A stretch of 64,000 nucleotides of DNA from Vicugna vicugna (taxonomy: Eukaryota): assembly GCA_013265495.1 (NCBI GenBank), contig MU058103.1:62001-126000 (forward strand), in the 5' to 3' direction. The notes under the pieces were generated by a model. The model was not told the origin of the DNA and ran no database searches. It was given only the letters and a program-made list of their open reading frames with translations. Numbering within the stretch: position 1 is the first letter of the stretch; the number at the start of each line of letters is the position of its first letter. Shown in pieces: positions 36,401 to 51,170 of this stretch. The position numbers and the translations under genes are program-made.

Positions 36401-39400
36401 AAAGAGTGAGGGTCATAGAAACTGACTGTGCCATCATTTCTGGTCAATAGTGTTTGTATCAGCTTCCTCATTAGAAGCAATCCATTTTGTAGACACTTTG
36501 GTTTGTGCTGATTTGGTTCTATGCTGTTGTCTATGGGTTCTTACTTCTCTTCCTGAGCTCAAGGAAAGATACAATTGTTTGTAGCTGAGCTACTGCATAT
36601 CCTTGCCCCATGGTCTACAATACTATTTTTAAGACCAAATCCTAACAACAGGAGAATAGTAGTAATAGTGTTGGGATTAGAGGATCTGTTTATCCCTACT
36701 GCCTGGCCTCAAATGCGTTGTTCCAGTCAATAGCTTTAGTCTGTCTTGCTAAATTCTCCCATTCTTTTAGTTTGGGTGTAACATTAATGTTCTTGAGCTT
36801 GAAATCTTTACATGTGACTCTTGAATCCTTGCATTCAATTAATTGAGAGGTCTGCCTGGAGACGAGCGTCCAGTCTTGGTGCAAAAGATCAAGGATTTAT
36901 TCTATGGGATAGTCATCAGGGCAATGGAAGAAGGAAATTTCCAGTTTTAAGATCCTAGATAAGGAGATCATGTTTTGATCAGTTGAGGCAAGAATTTCAA
37001 ATCATTGCAAGTGTTGGATTTGCTTATTTAACACATGTTTGTTCAGACCTAGTGTGTGGCATATTCCTTATTGGCTGTAGAAGGCAATGCTTCATTCAGA
37101 GATTCCCTGTACTTTCTTTTTTAAGTTATAATAGTCAAAGGTGTGTTAAGATTTTTGTCTTGTATTACACGTGCCTTATGCATCAATTACTTAGTGTTGT
37201 GTCTTATCCCCAAAACATCATGCTCTGAATACTTGTCTGCATTAAAACCTTCGTTTCTGTCTATCCTTTGACTTGGGATTTCCAAATATCTCTACTTCCT
37301 ATTTCAATCCCAGTCACTCTCACAGAGACACACACACACAGAGGCATGCACACATGCACACACATACCCTCTTCTCTTCTGTAAGACAAAGCTTAGTGTG
37401 CATTCAAAAATCATCTGAATTACCACCTTTTTTATTTAGCTTCTTTTGATCCTTGTAGACTTGTAAGGATTAATTGCCGTATCTTAAGACTTGGTTCGTA
37501 ATCAGTATTTACTTCTTCTTCATTATTGTAGCATATTTGAAAATTATGAGCACTTGTTAAACATTTGTTGAATTATCTTGATAAGAGATAGAAATAAAAT
37601 TACCCCAATGAATATGAGAGTAATATTTAAGTCTAATTTTTATCATATTTATTTATGATGTGGATATAAGTGATAAGATGATCTCAATCTTGAATTCTGT
37701 TTGATGTTTTTGATAGAGATATATTTGAGTGTGTGTAAAAATGATAATCCATATTACCCACATTATCCACCCCAAGAAAACAAAAAAGATGAACAACTAA
37801 AAGGCAGTGACATTTCCTTATTTCTTTCTACACCCTGAAAATCTAGGATGGACCAATATGTGGCCAAAGATTTTTCTTGAGTAAAGGAGTCATGTAATAA
37901 TATAATTCTACTGTGTTAAAGTGATAGCCAGAATAATCAGATAAATTGTAAGTACATCAGATCTTTCAAATGAATTGTGTTCCTTGTAGACACATAGCCT
38001 GTGGTGCTTTACATGTAGGTTGCACTGGGTGTAAATAGTCCTGGAAAGCAGAACCAGTACCAACCTGGAACCATTATTAACTTTAACTTTATAAAAGAGG
38101 TAATTTGCTAAGTTAACTGGTTTTCATTTTCAATAAAATCTATCATTTAACTTTGACTGTTAATTGTAGGGAGTTCTAGATTACTTGACAGTTGGACTTA
38201 TTACAGAAACAAACTGATTGGTAATGGATTATGGGTAGGAGAAGTTGGGGCTGAGTTGAATTAGACATGAAGATACAGGGGAGGGAGTTTGCACACAGCA
38301 AGGAGTCTACTATATTTCAGATATTATGCTCTGTGTCTTCACCCACTTTTTGTACCATCTTATAGATTTTTTAAATGCTTCCATCAACCCTTGGAGGTAT
38401 CTCTTATCTTCCCTTTTAAAAATATCTCTGATTTTCCCATAGTTTTGGGAAGAAAACAGATCTCTCCCAAAAGAGATAGAGGATGGGAAGGAGATTTATG
38501 GACCACTAAATGGTAGAAAGATTTGGGAAAATGAATGGCCTGGTAAAAGAAAACAACTATTTTATAATAATAGTTGTCATTTTTTAGAATAAAAGTTGAG
38601 AAGTTGAGAATGAAAACAACTTTTCTCCACTTTTGTCTCCTTGTGGTATGGATTTATGAACATTAGAATAATTACTTTGTAAAAAACAACCTTTTCTCTT
38701 AAATCCAAAAGCTATTATATTATAAAGAACAATGACAATCAACCATATGGAACAACGTATCACTTGAATTAGAAGGAATGGGGTTGTTTTGTGCTTCAAG
38801 CACTTACAAATTACCTGCAAATCATTCACAGTGGAGATAATTAAAGCTATCCTCACCTTAATTCCAAACATAGTCATTTTCTGGATTCTCACCGTGCCCA
38901 CAGTTACATTTAACAGGGATCATTACAAAATCCATTATGCACCCTCAAAAACAGCTATATTTTGTTGATTTCACATGCTCACATTTATCCCCAGGCATAG
39001 GGGGAAATGGATTCTAGTCTAGTCACACTCAAATTGTATGATCTTGGCCAAACACTGAACCTCTCAGATTCAGAGATGGGATGGTTTTGGTTCAGTTGGA
39101 GTCGAGGACCTGTTTTAGCTCTAAGAGGTGATGATTTGATCAGTCTCTGTTCTCTCTTCTCTCCCTTCTTTCTTTTCTGGTACTCCTTCTCTTTCTCCCT
39201 TCCTTTCTCTCTCTCTCTCTGCCCCCAACCCACATCTCCCTCCCTCTATCCCTTACTCCCCAAATCCCTCCCTTTCCTCTCCAGTCTACTTCCTAAGACC
39301 TGTACTAGCCTTGTGAGTCCGGAATATTTACTTCTCTGGACTTCAGATTCTCCTGACTAAACTCCGTGGTATTTGACCAATGTATAATCATGAAGCTAGG

Positions 39401-39689
39401 CTTATCACCTTTGTCCAGCTGAGAGTCAGTGTTAGAAGTGTAGCAGCAGTGAGGTGATCAAATATATGGGTTTGTTTTAAGTGCAGGAAGACTTGGCTTC
39501 AAATTCTGGCTCCTTCTCTCCTAGCTTTGGGATACTATGAGCCCCTTCCCATATCTCTACTCCATTCTTCCTCAACTTAGCAAGTTGCTTGACTAGTTCT
39601 TCATTCACTCTTCCTTTCCCTATTCTAAAATGTCATCTTTCCCCATCATTTCCCCTTTGTTCAAATTAACCTAGTCACCTTGGACATAT

Positions 39690-40080
39690 TCAGTCTTTTA
39701 AAATGCCAAAATCTTTTCTGTATCATAACTTTTATCCTAATTGTTCCCTGGGCTTAGATGACCCTGCCACCAACTCTTCACAAGGGAAAGTTCTTCTCAT
39801 GCATCAGATTTCAAGTTAAAATCTGCCCTTTCATGATCACCCTTACTAGTTTTCCACCCAAGGTCCCATTTTTTCCTCTATAATGCAAGCTGTTGATTTT
39901 ATAACACTTTTTTCAAATAAAAATCATAAATACACGTGTTTACTTCTTTATCTGTCTGTATTGTATTATAAGCTCCATGAAGAAAGATGGTGTCCTGTCT
40001 ACTGAGCTTACCTCTCTTAGCAGGTACCTAGCACTCTTCTTGGCACATAGTTGAGATTAAATATGTCAAGCGAATGAGTG
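39690..40080 (+). mobile_element. L2 3' fragment
   Basis: 'tgttccctgggcttagatgaccct', 'tataagctccatgaagaaaga', 'tacctagcactcttcttggcacatagttgag...gaatgagtga'. Confidence 0.65.
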
Positions 40081-43000
40081 ACTGTGTGAGCTTCATCTTC
40101 CACTCTGTACAATGAGGAAAATAACCCTTCCTCCACAGTAATTTGAATATTTGGAATTAAGACTTGGTGGGCTCTCAAAAACTAGGTTTTGTTATTTAAC
40201 TGGTAAGATTTTACTGCTGAGATCAGAATGTTTTACTTCATAGGTATAGAAAAGTGGAAGAGGCACCAATGGGCAAGGAGGACAAAGTAGTTCTTTTCTG
40301 TTACATCTGGCACATTATCATTCATACAATCTTTATGGCTCCTTAACTCAAGCTTCTGAGCTGAACTCCAAAGGCAACAGTTCACAGAGTCCAGGGAGAG
40401 CTCTTGGTCAGCTCTTCTGAGTTTCACCTCTGTAACAGAAGACAATTACATCTGGTGTATAAACCAGGTTTTCTGCCGTGCGCCCTTTAGGAGTTAATTG
40501 TGCATGTCTTCTCTTTCTTATAATACCACACTCTTCTGTAACTTGATTTGCAATCTTGAGCAAGGCTTATCTCCTTCTGAACCTAGGTTTCCTCATTTGT
40601 AAGTTGGAAGTGTAATAACTTCCCCACTTTTTGCATAAGATTGATGAGAAATGAAAAACTACTCCATTATGTATTGTTTATATAATCCTAGGAAGCATTT
40701 TAGCCACACAAAGCCTCAATTTCCATGTGTATGGTGGAATAACAATAATTAGTTCTTACATGTAGAGAAAAGAAATTAATACAAAGTCAGTGAAAGTAAA
40801 TTGGAAATTATTAATCTGTATAGTATAGAAGTAGTCCCCAAACATGGTGGCCATTCTCTCTGTCTTCCTATAGACCAGTCTGGGAAAATAGCAGAGGTAT
40901 CTATTTAATAATTAAATAGTGCTTGCAAACCAATGTAAGTGATATAGGTGAGGACTTGTTGGAGAAGGAGGGTATCCGTGTGAGTTGGAACATAAGGGGC
41001 AGTTTCAGGAATAGAGTTACATCGATTTCAGTGAAGGAAAGGGGACACAAAAATAAGACCTGTATTTGGAATCCAACAGGAGATGTATTTTTGCTCAGTG
41101 GGGCCATCAGCCGGCTTTGTCTTTTCTCTTTCATTTACCCTCCCTAGTTCTTTGACACAGAATGTGACCTTGATAGACTGAGTTATTTAACTAGAACTTT
41201 CCCATTGCTGAATTAGCATAGTATAGCCTACTTTTTTACCCATATCTCTTTTGAGAATTGGTTAATTAATGTTTGTATATTATCTAATTAGCATTACCAG
41301 AGTTTTTTGTCCTCTAAGACTCTATAAAATACAATTTCTGAGGTAAAACATATCGCCCACACTAGGTGAGGAAGAGGATACAAGACAGCCCCTGTAAACT
41401 CAAACTTGGACATGGGCAGATTTTTCCAATCAAGACATAGCATGGAGAATGCTGGACTGGCTAGGTGTTAGGTTAATGAAAAACATCTTTGTCTTCTAGG
41501 ACAAACATAGCCAGCTCTTTCTTAACTAGAAGTGTGTTCTCAATGAGTGTTATGCCTGGATGTTAGAAAAGAAGCCCTCCAACTGAGAAACTCTAGTAGA
41601 AATAGGAAGCAATTCAATTAGGAGTTGCTGAAAATAATACTTTGTGCACTAAGATGTACTCTCTCAGCATTCTCATTTATTGTAAAGATAACCCATATAA
41701 ACATGCTGAGAGCTGTAGCCTGTTTTTTCCTGCTAAGTGTTCACATTATACATGGGAGTGGAGGTGGTGACAGGTCAATTAAAACATGGAGTATTCAGAT
41801 TAATAAAAAAATCCAATCAATGTTAAAGATCAGTTTCTCATTAACATCGTAATTGAATGAACGTCCCACTTTCTAGCTGAAAACAGTCATTTCATCTTAA
41901 CAAATTGAAACTCAATGCCTCTGTTTGGAAATTGAAGCCAACAACATCTGCCTCTTGATTTGTTGTGAAGATTGAATGATGGGAAAACACAGATTGTCTG
42001 GCACATAAGATTCTCAATAAGTGTAAGTTTACATCAGTCTCCTTTCCCTAGCAACTAGTGTGAGATACAGAGTAGACACACAGTGACTGCTTACTGAGTG
42101 AATGGCTTATCTGACCACCTCATAGGTAAAATCAAAGGGGAGAGGTGAGTTCAAGCCTGAACATTTGAATCCATTTCTGTAAAATAAATTGATGTAGTTT
42201 GTTTAGCTTCTTTTCAGAAGACTAATTTTTGAGTGTGTAAACTGGAGGAAAGATAGTACTAAACAGCACTTCTTTAGTCAGGTTTCAGAATCACAATACC
42301 CAACATTCACTTATCACCCTCTGTTTTGAACAACAGTACATAGATTCAAAAAAATAAATGTGGATATTTTCTTTCAAGAACCCGAAGTATAATATAGGAG
42401 GTATTTTTTTTTTTTTAAATACAGAACACATTTGCTGTGCAGCTGAAAAAGACAAACGTATTATTAGGCCATGGAAGGGTCAGCTATTTTCCCAAGATTT
42501 CGGCAGGCAGAAAAGCAGGAGAAAGATACCAAATTGGCTTGGATATGCTCACTGATTTACTGTATATTCGGAGAAACCCAATCCCTTTATACCCGTGTCA
42601 CAGCTTGCTACATTATTTACCATGCTCAGTGCAAAATGAAAATGTTGAAGCTGACCTTTGGTCAAAAATATAAAACTTTCCTTTTCTTCCAGGGACTCTT
42701 TCTCAACCTGTCATAGTTTTTAAAAAATTTGCCATGAATGACATATCCCTTCAGGCAAGGGATCCCCCTGGGGGATGTGTAGACCCTCACAGGCTCCCTG
42801 GATCCACCCTGCAAATCATCTCATGGATACAACCCATCAGCTGGAAGATTTCCTCTCCCGTCAGCCATGCTTAGCTGGAGTGAGAAGTAGAGCCAGGCAC
42901 CTCCCCTTTCCATGGGCCCCCTACTCACAGGTTGAGCCACCTTCAAATGATAGCAACCTCTGCCCTGGGACATGCACCTGACTGGGAGATGGGCAGAGGG

Positions 43001-43269
43001 TCATCTGCTGAACTCTGTGGCCAGCTGAAGGCAGGGAAGGATGCTGCTGTACTTAAACTTGTACTGAAGCATGGCTGCAGAGCACTCATACTTAAACTTG
43101 ACTCTCCCTATGTATGTGCCCAGGTTATGGAGCGGCATAGGAGTTCACAGATTAAATGTGACCTAAAATGCCAGATAGCAGGGAAGCAGGCACTGGAAAA
43201 CTCATTTCACAGGAGGCAGAAGGTAGGCTGCCAGGGAGGGGTTGTCCTTGAGCCAAGTCTTCAAGCCCT

Positions 43270-43455
43270 GAGAGCACGCTCCATTTTCCCACTGGAATTT
43301 ACGCCCAAAACACAAATTCAAAGATATCTCGTTAAAAATTTCAAGATAGTGATTGCAGAACATTAAATCTAAATGCAGGACCCTTCTGGCTAGAAACCCT
43401 GTATGACTTCCCCCTGTATGACTGCCCTGGTTGTGCACCCATGAGGCCAGCCTTG
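43270..43455 (-). mobile_element. hAT-Tip100 (Zaphod/MER115/MER91-like) terminal fragment
   Basis: Minus strand 'caaggctggcctcatgggtgcacaacc...cagaagggtcctgcatttagatttaatgttctgcaatcactatcttgaaattttt...atctttgaatttgtgtttt...aatggagcgtgc' resembles the recalled terminus of this group. Confidence 0.7.
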
Positions 43456-44806
43456 GTCAGTGTGCTGCTCAGGCAAAATATGAAAGAGAACAGGTATTGC
43501 ATCTTGGTGACAGTGAGGTTGATTCACAGAATTAAATGACCTGCAGGAGAATGTGAAGCAAGGGGATGGGGTGGAGTGAGGCAGAGCTAATCAAAAATTC
43601 TAATCTCAAAGTTACAAATATAACCGTTCCTAGGCAGAAAAGCTCATAATTGGGCTGCAATGCACTGGAAAGTTGATGGGTTGAGGCAGCTCCCAGATGA
43701 GTGCTGGCTTGGTGACTGCTCTGGTACTCACGTGTCTTAACATCTGTTGAGTTTGGCCGTAACCTATATCCAAAATTAACAGGGATACATCTGAGTCACT
43801 GTCATAAAAGGATTGAGACTGACTTTTCCCATTAGCCAGGGCTGAGTCCAGACTCTGATTTTGTGACTGTCTGAACATGGGCAAATTTTTCTCTGTATCT
43901 CTGAGCTTTAGTTTCCTTATTTGTAAAATAAGAACGGTACCTCCCTTGCAGAGTTCTTGGAAAGTTAAATGGACTAAAATCTATGCAAAATGCCTTATTA
44001 CTTCAGGAAACTAATATTTATTTGCTAGTAGTTGTTAGTTTCTTTCCTTTATTTTGTCTACCTTATTCTTAGAACATGTCTCAGGACATAATTTGATTGT
44101 TGAAGAAATCATTGACAGGGAAATTCAATAACTAAGAAATCAAAGCATGTAGCTGTAAATTAGAAAGACTCAAGAAGAACCTATAGCAACATATCTTATG
44201 AAACCAATGATGTGTCAATGGTATCCTCAAGATGAAAAAGCCATAGGACATGAAAAATGTTGCTTTAAGCCAAATATAATTCCTTCAAGCATTTACGTAA
44301 ACCTGGAAACTCACTCTCCAGTACAGGCAGAAGCAAATGTATACAGAGGTATGTTGTTTGCTCAGTGGCAGAAGTTCTGCAGAAGCTAGCTTGGCCTGCA
44401 TCTATGATTTGGGGTTATCATCATAGGTTTGGAGTAACTGAAAAGTGCTAGAGATCAGGTGTCTATCTAGGGAGTTGCTTCTGTCTTGTCTTTTACTTTG
44501 GGCCAGTTTCTTCGCACATCTGAACCTTGAAGATGCAGCTAGGAACAGCTGGGATGAACTTGGAAGAGGGCAGTGATGAATGTATAAATAAAATAAAATT
44601 ACCCATTTTGTCTTCAGAGCAAAGGAAGCTGCTACATAGACTGGGGTGAATCTGATCGTTTCATATCTAGTGTGGAAACACAACTGAGTCATTAAAATAG
44701 ATACTCTTATCTTTCACTGGTTTCTGTAGATTAAATTTAATGTTTTAGGGAAATAATACATACAAATAAACCAAAACAGATTGCTTCCAGATTTAAAATT
44801 CTTTTA

Positions 44807-45155
44807 TGTACTGTGTTTGTGTCCTCCCAAAATTCATATGTTGAAACCCTAATCCCAATATGATGGTAGACCTTTGGGAGTTTTAGATAATGTTATAAGG
44901 ATAAGGCCCTCATGATAAGATTAGTGTCCTTATAAGAAAGGAAGAGAGACCAGCTTTGTCCCTCTCTTCCTCATGTAAGGACAAAGAGAAAAGATGGCAT
45001 CTTTAAGTTAGGAAGTTGTCCCCTACCAGAAACTGTATCTGTTAGCACCTAGACCTTGGATTTTCCAGCCTTCAGAACGGTGAGAAATGAGTGTCTGTTG
45101 TTCAAGCCACTCAGTCTGTGGTATTTTATTATATCAGCCCAAGCTGACTAAGACA
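44807..45155 (+). mobile_element. MaLR solo LTR (MLT1A/B-like)
   Basis: 'tttgtgtcctcccaaaattcatatgttgaaaccctaat...ttccagccttcagaacggtgagaaat...ttcaagccactcagtctgtggtatttt...agcccaagctgactaagaca'. TG...CA ends. Confidence 0.9.
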
Positions 45156-48100
45156 GTCACCTAAAATTTTTTGAGGGGAGAATGGGTTTTGATTAATAAA
45201 AAACTTTTTCAACTGAGTTTTAGTGCTCAGATAAACTTTGATGAGACGATCATTCATTGTTCTAGACACAAGGAGAATTTCTATATTTTGATAGCGTTTT
45301 GTTACTGGATTACATAATTGTCTTCTTTGTTAAACATAAAGCAAATGTACAGACTATGAAATTTATCTTAAAACTTGTGTACAAAACTATGTGTTTGACC
45401 ATATAAATTATTTTTAAAAGATATTAGTTGATTTGGATTATTCTGATGGCTGACCCCTTCATTAGTGAAGTAGTTGGAGGTTGACCAATTTGTTTTTAAA
45501 TTTAGACTAAAATGAAGAAATTGTATGCTATCTACCTACATCTACAAATCAGTTGATTTTGACTTTGTTGAAATTCTGTTTAAATCTTGGTTATCTATAA
45601 AATGAAGATTTTTATAAGGGTAAAGAAGCAGAAGCATCCAAAGACTAATATATTGAATATTATAATTAATACTTATTTAATTTGCAACTTAATTTAATAT
45701 GTAACCACAGTAGGAGAGAAACTTTAAGATTGATACTTTTGATACTCAAGCCAGCTGTTAGTTTAACTAAGAAAACCTTATATCCAGATAGATCTTTAGT
45801 CATTGACTATTGTTTGTGTATTTATTTGTTTTTCACTATTTGATACTAGCTGATAATGTAACAAATATATTCTTCAGATAAATAGTTCAATCAAAGATGT
45901 AGAATAATTTTTAAAAGTCTTGTTGAAAAGAAAATGATATTCAGAAGTGCAATTCATTAGTTTAATACTATTTTTCGGTCAAATATGGGCTTATGATATC
46001 CATAACATGATATTGGTAAACACATGGCTAATTTAGAAAATATACTAACTTGGGATAAGGCATCTGGGTACCCCCCAAACAATCTAAGAGGGAACACGAC
46101 TCATTGCACATTGGCATGAAAACAGGATTGAGTCATTCAGGCAATTAGAAAAATAACCAGACAGAATGATTTAATGAAAATAAGATATCACACAGGACAT
46201 GCTATTGAAATAAGACAGAGGAAGGTAATTTATTTGACTTTTAAACACATTGAAATCCATTATATTGGATTTAGATCAAGAGCCAGGAAATGGAATTGCA
46301 GGTTCCTAAAGATGCTGAGTGAGATTAGGCAATGATTTGGCACTGCAATTTGCAAATGTTTCCTTGATGGATGTTTGTTTTTCCTCATCGGGCACAGAAT
46401 TTCCCTCTGACTGCTGATACCAAAAACATCCAGACATGTTACTCAGAAAACATCTGTTGCAGTGATGTACCTTATATATTTAAAATCCAAGACAGATCAT
46501 TTCTAACACATTTATCTTCAGGAATAATTATGTTATGAAATAATGATTATGAAAAGTAAGATACATAGACAGTGAAAATTACTTTTTATTAAACTTTGTA
46601 TAGATAATCTTGCCAAACAAACAAGTAAATTAAAAATTACAATTTTAAAAAAGGGAAAATGAATTGTACTTTTAAATTAAAATACTGTATTTTTTTAAGT
46701 GAGAGGAAAACCTTATACCTGCATACTAATAGCATGGTAATGAATTACATTGCCATGTCTGTTTTCAAGCCCTAACTTTAGCAGATTTATCAATGAGTGC
46801 ATCATAATTGATCTTCTCTGATATTTATGATCAATAGTAGTCTCACCAGATCTAATCTGTCAATCTGCCTCTGCTCATAGTTGGTCAGAAAATACTCTCT
46901 TATTAAATTTTTGAAAAGCTTTTTTTAACATAACATAAACTTTTATATTGCATATGTATATTTATTTTACATTATATATATACATTTATACTATATGTAT
47001 TTTTCACATGTATATTTAGAGAAAAAGAGTGGGGAAGGAAATGAGACAGAGAAGAGAATCTGGTAGAAATTCACAACAGATCCTAGTTTAAAATAAATTC
47101 CAGGACTTTCAGTACTATATGTATGTTTATTTCTTCACAATAAGCTTCATAAACCTCAAATGTCTTTACCATTGAGAGAATTTAAACAGAAATATAAATC
47201 CAAGTGTCCACATGGCATGATGGAACAAAAGTAACTCAAGTTGCATTTCTATGCCTTTATATAATCACAGTGCTGCCATTGTTTATTTTGAATTGTTTAA
47301 TGGAGAAATAAGTACATGAAACAAAAACTACTGGTACTAGCAGCGATCTTAGGGCTCTCTCTTTTCTTCCTTGAATTTGTTGTATATCTGCAGTAATAAT
47401 GAAACTAGCCATTTGGCAGAATTTCTGTAAAGATACAATGAGAGATGGGATGCAAAAATTCTTTGGCAAAATTAATTAATAGGCCTAAGCACATTTTAGG
47501 TATAGGATGACTGTTGTTACTGCTAGTTCATAATAAATGCTGGAGAGATATAAGAACAAATTGCATCATTAGCTATTATGAATGATATTAAAACATAAAC
47601 TAATGCTACCTACCTGAGAAAATTTTTTTTGCTGGTTACATGGAAAATTTAACATTTTTAAAAATAAAATTTTTATAATTATAAAAGAAATGCATTTTGT
47701 GGACTAAAATATAGAAAAGTATATGGTAATAGAACACTTTAGAAGTCATCCACAATTCTTCCCTTCCCAATGAAGACCATTGTTAACATTTTGATGTAGG
47801 GAAAGCTTTTCAGAAAGATATTAAGCTCAAAGATCCAAACAAAGCACAGAATCAGGGTGATTTTTTTCTTAGAAAGGGATATATCCTAATTGTTCATTCA
47901 CATCTAAAGTTCAGAGTATGATGTTGACTCTGCAGGATGTAAGAAACATCAATGCAATGGAGTGAAACGTGCCCACCAAACAATAAGCATGGCAAAATAA
48001 TGCCTTTTGTGTTCTGCAAATTGTGTTCAGGAATCTTGCCATGAGACACTACAGGAAGTGCCTCTGCTGGAAGACATTATTTTCCAGTCAAAGGACAGCA

Positions 48101-48419
48101 GAAGACAATTTCAGGGGACCAGAGTTCCATCTGTGACATTAGCCATGACTTTGAAGAATGGTGACGTTGGAAAGCTTATCTTGGTAGAACCTACCATCTT
48201 AATACATAGATGAGAAAACTAAGGCTCAGAGAAGAGAAAGGGCTTTCATAAATTCTTAGAGTGAGACTGTAACAGCTAGAAAACTTTATCTCGTTTTCTT
48301 GTTCTTTCTTTTTAAAGAACTGTAGATAAAGGTGGATAGAAGAAAGCAGGACAGAGTCAAGCCATGGTCAGCAGAGTATGGGACTTAAAGAATGGATTGA
48401 GCTATTCATATTCACTTCA

Positions 48420-48522
48420 ATAGCCTGCTCCCTTATTTGTGGGGGGAGATGTTCCAAGACCCCCAGTGGATGCCTGAAACCTCAGATAATACCAAACCCT
48501 ATATATACTATGGTTTTTCCAT
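48420..48522. mobile_element. TcMar-Tigger MITE end (MER44/Tigger7-like)
   Basis: 'cccttatttgtggggggagatgttccaagacccccagtggatgcctgaaacctcagataataccaaaccctatatatactatg'. Confidence 0.75.
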
Positions 48523-48935
48523 CTTCTTATAAAAAAGACTATAATCAGATGAAAGATTCTGACTTAAAACCGTAGCATCTAGGAATTTATGAGCTTCACC
48601 AATCTCACTGCCCAGAAGAAAAAAAGGTTTCAACAAGTTTTTGTGATTTGTTAAAGCTTTGAAGTAATAAATCCAGTCCTAGAATCCAAGTGAACAACTA
48701 ATCTGTAGCCTAATTTCCTATTCATAAACAATTCAATTTATTTAAAGTATCAGATAATTTTTAATGTTCCAGTTTTCCATCATGTTTAACATAAGGTCAT
48801 AATTCAGTCAAATGGCCTGTTATTTCTCTACACTACTGAAATAATCATTCAATGGATAAGTAAAATTAAGTTGTAAGAGATGTTGGAAATTAATGTCTCC
48901 TATCACTCTGTGTGCTGAGTCTTAGTCTCTTCCCA

Positions 48936-50050
48936 TCAGATAAGCAATCTATCCAAGAAAGAGTTTGTGGTGGATCTTAAAGTTGGGAAAGGAATGGATG
49001 CACAGAGCAAGAGGTTAGAAATTTTTAATGAAGAGTTGGAACATATAAAGAACAATGAAACAGAGACAAAAAATACAATAATTGAAATGAAAAATATACT
49101 AGAAGGAATCAATAGTAGACTAGATGATATAGAGGAATAGATCAGCCAGCTGGAAGACAGAGCAGTGGACATCACTGATGCTGAACAGAAAAAAGAAAAA
49201 AAGTAATAATGAAAAGAAATGAAGACAGTTTAAGGGACCTCTGGGACTATATCAAGTGTACTAATATTTGCATTAAAGGGGATCCAGAAGGAGAAGAGAG
49301 TGAGAGAAAGGGACAGAGAACACATTTGAAGACACAATAGCCGAAAATTTCCCTAACCTTGGAAAGGAAACAGAGATTCAAGTCCAGGAAGCACAGAGAG
49401 TCCCAAACAGGATTAGTCCAAAGAGGAAGACATCAAGACACGTTGTAATGAAATGAAAAAAATTAGATATAGAGAATATAAAAATGCAGCAAAGGAAAAG
49501 CAACAAGTTACATACAAAGGGATTCCCATAAGGCTATCACATGATTTTTCTGCAGAAACTCTGCAGATTAGAAGACAGTGACACAATATATTTAAAGTAA
49601 TGGAAAGGAAAAACCCACAACCAAGAATACTCTACCAACAAGGCTCATCCAAATTTGATGGAGAAATCAAAAGTTTTACAGAGAAGCAAAAGCTAAAAGA
49701 GTTCAGCACCACCAAACCAACTTTACAAGAAATGTTAGAGGAAATTCTCTAAGCCAAAAAAGCAAAGGCCACAACTAGAAACGTGAAAATTACAAAAGGA
49801 GAAAGGTCATGGGTAAAGGCAAACATATAGTAAAGGTAGGAAATCTACCATGTGCAAAGCTAGTAGGATGGTTGAAAGAAGTAGTAAAATCATCAAACTC
49901 CACAATAAGCAGTTAAAGGATAAACAAAACAATTAGATGTAAAATATGATGTCAAAAACACTAATCATGAGGGATAAGAGTACCAATCAGAGTTGTTAAA
50001 ATGTGTTTGAAATTAATAGATAAGCAACATGAAACAATCTCTCTCTCTTG

Positions 50051-50081
<31 letters not shown>

Positions 50082-50523
50082 CCTATATATATAAATAGAT
50101 ATATATACACATACACATATAGGCTGCTATTCCAAAACATTATGGTAACCACAAACCAAAAATCTATAATAGAAAAAGACAAACACTGTATGCTGTCACA
50201 TATATGTGGAACCTAAAAGAGTAAAACAAACTAGTGAAAGTATCAAAAATGAAACAGACTCACAGATACAGAAAACAAACTAGTAGTTACCAATGGGGAA
50301 AGAGTTTGGGGGAAGGGCAAGATTGGGGTAGTGGATTCAGAGGTACAGACTACTTTGTATAAAATAAATATGCTACAAGAATATATTGTACAGCACAGGG
50401 AATATAACTACTATCTTATAATAACTATAAATTGAGTATAATCTTGAAGAATTGTGAATCACTGTTATACACCTTAAATTTATATAATATTGTACATCAA
50501 CTATACATAAATATTAAAAAAAG
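48936..50523 (+). mobile_element. L1-derived element: decayed ORF1 and inter-ORF spacer fused directly to the 3'UTR (ORF2 absent)
   Basis: + strand translation 'NTIIEMKNILEGINSRLDDIEE*ISQLEDRAVDITDAEQKKEK', 'KRNEDSLRDLWDYIK', 'IAENFPNLGKETEIQVQEAQRVPNRISPKR', ending at TAA 49750-49752. The junction with 3'-end sequence 'agaaaaagacaaacactgtatg' is at ~50171. A-rich end ~50523. Confidence 0.9.
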
Positions 50524-50945
50524 TTTTTATTTCAAATCCCAAAATAAAGAAACGGTCTCATAAGTTTTCAAGACACTCCAATAACTAGCAGGTGAGGCAT
50601 ATTTTTTTATTAAGACTGAAAAATATTTTAGCTGTCTATAATTTATCAAGAGAGCTGTTGTACTCAATGATTAAACTGATTACTGAAACCTTATTAAGTG
50701 CAGTAGATTTGTTAATTTGTTTTTGTACAAACCTCTATATACTTTTATGGGCAAATCTATACCCACTTCATAGATGGCAAATATGAACAAAGAGATTAGA
50801 TAATTTGTCCAAAATTAATAAAGCTTCTAATTAAAGGTTGAAAAAATATGATTTCAAAATCATTTTCTAGTGTTGTTTTACTTATATTTTCCAGAAGAAT
50901 TAATTCTACATTAGATGAATATTTATATTAGAGTAGCATTCATTT

Positions 50946-51170
50946 AAATTAGGAGTTTGGGATTTGCAGATATTAACTACTATATATAAAATAGATAAAC
51001 AACAAAGTCCTACTGTTTAGCCCAGGGAACTATATTCAATATTGTAATAACCTATAATGAAAAAGAATATATATGTATAACTGAATCACTATACTGTACA
51101 CCAGAAACTAACACAACATTGTAAATCAACTATTCTTCAATAAAAAAAAAATTTTTAAGTAAAAAAAAAA
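50946..51170 (+). mobile_element. L1 3'UTR fragment with A tail
   Basis: 'aaattaggagtttgggatttgcagatattaactactatatataaaatagataaacaacaaagtcctactg...ctgaatcactatactgtacaccagaaactaacacaacattgtaaatcaactat' plus poly-A. Confidence 0.9.

Noticed and set aside
42775..43366. 144-aa ORF and GC-richer segment as a coding exon
   Set aside because: No recognisable protein and no ATG at the listed start. The 3' part runs into a hAT fragment and the 5' part may be an old LTR that I could not assign.
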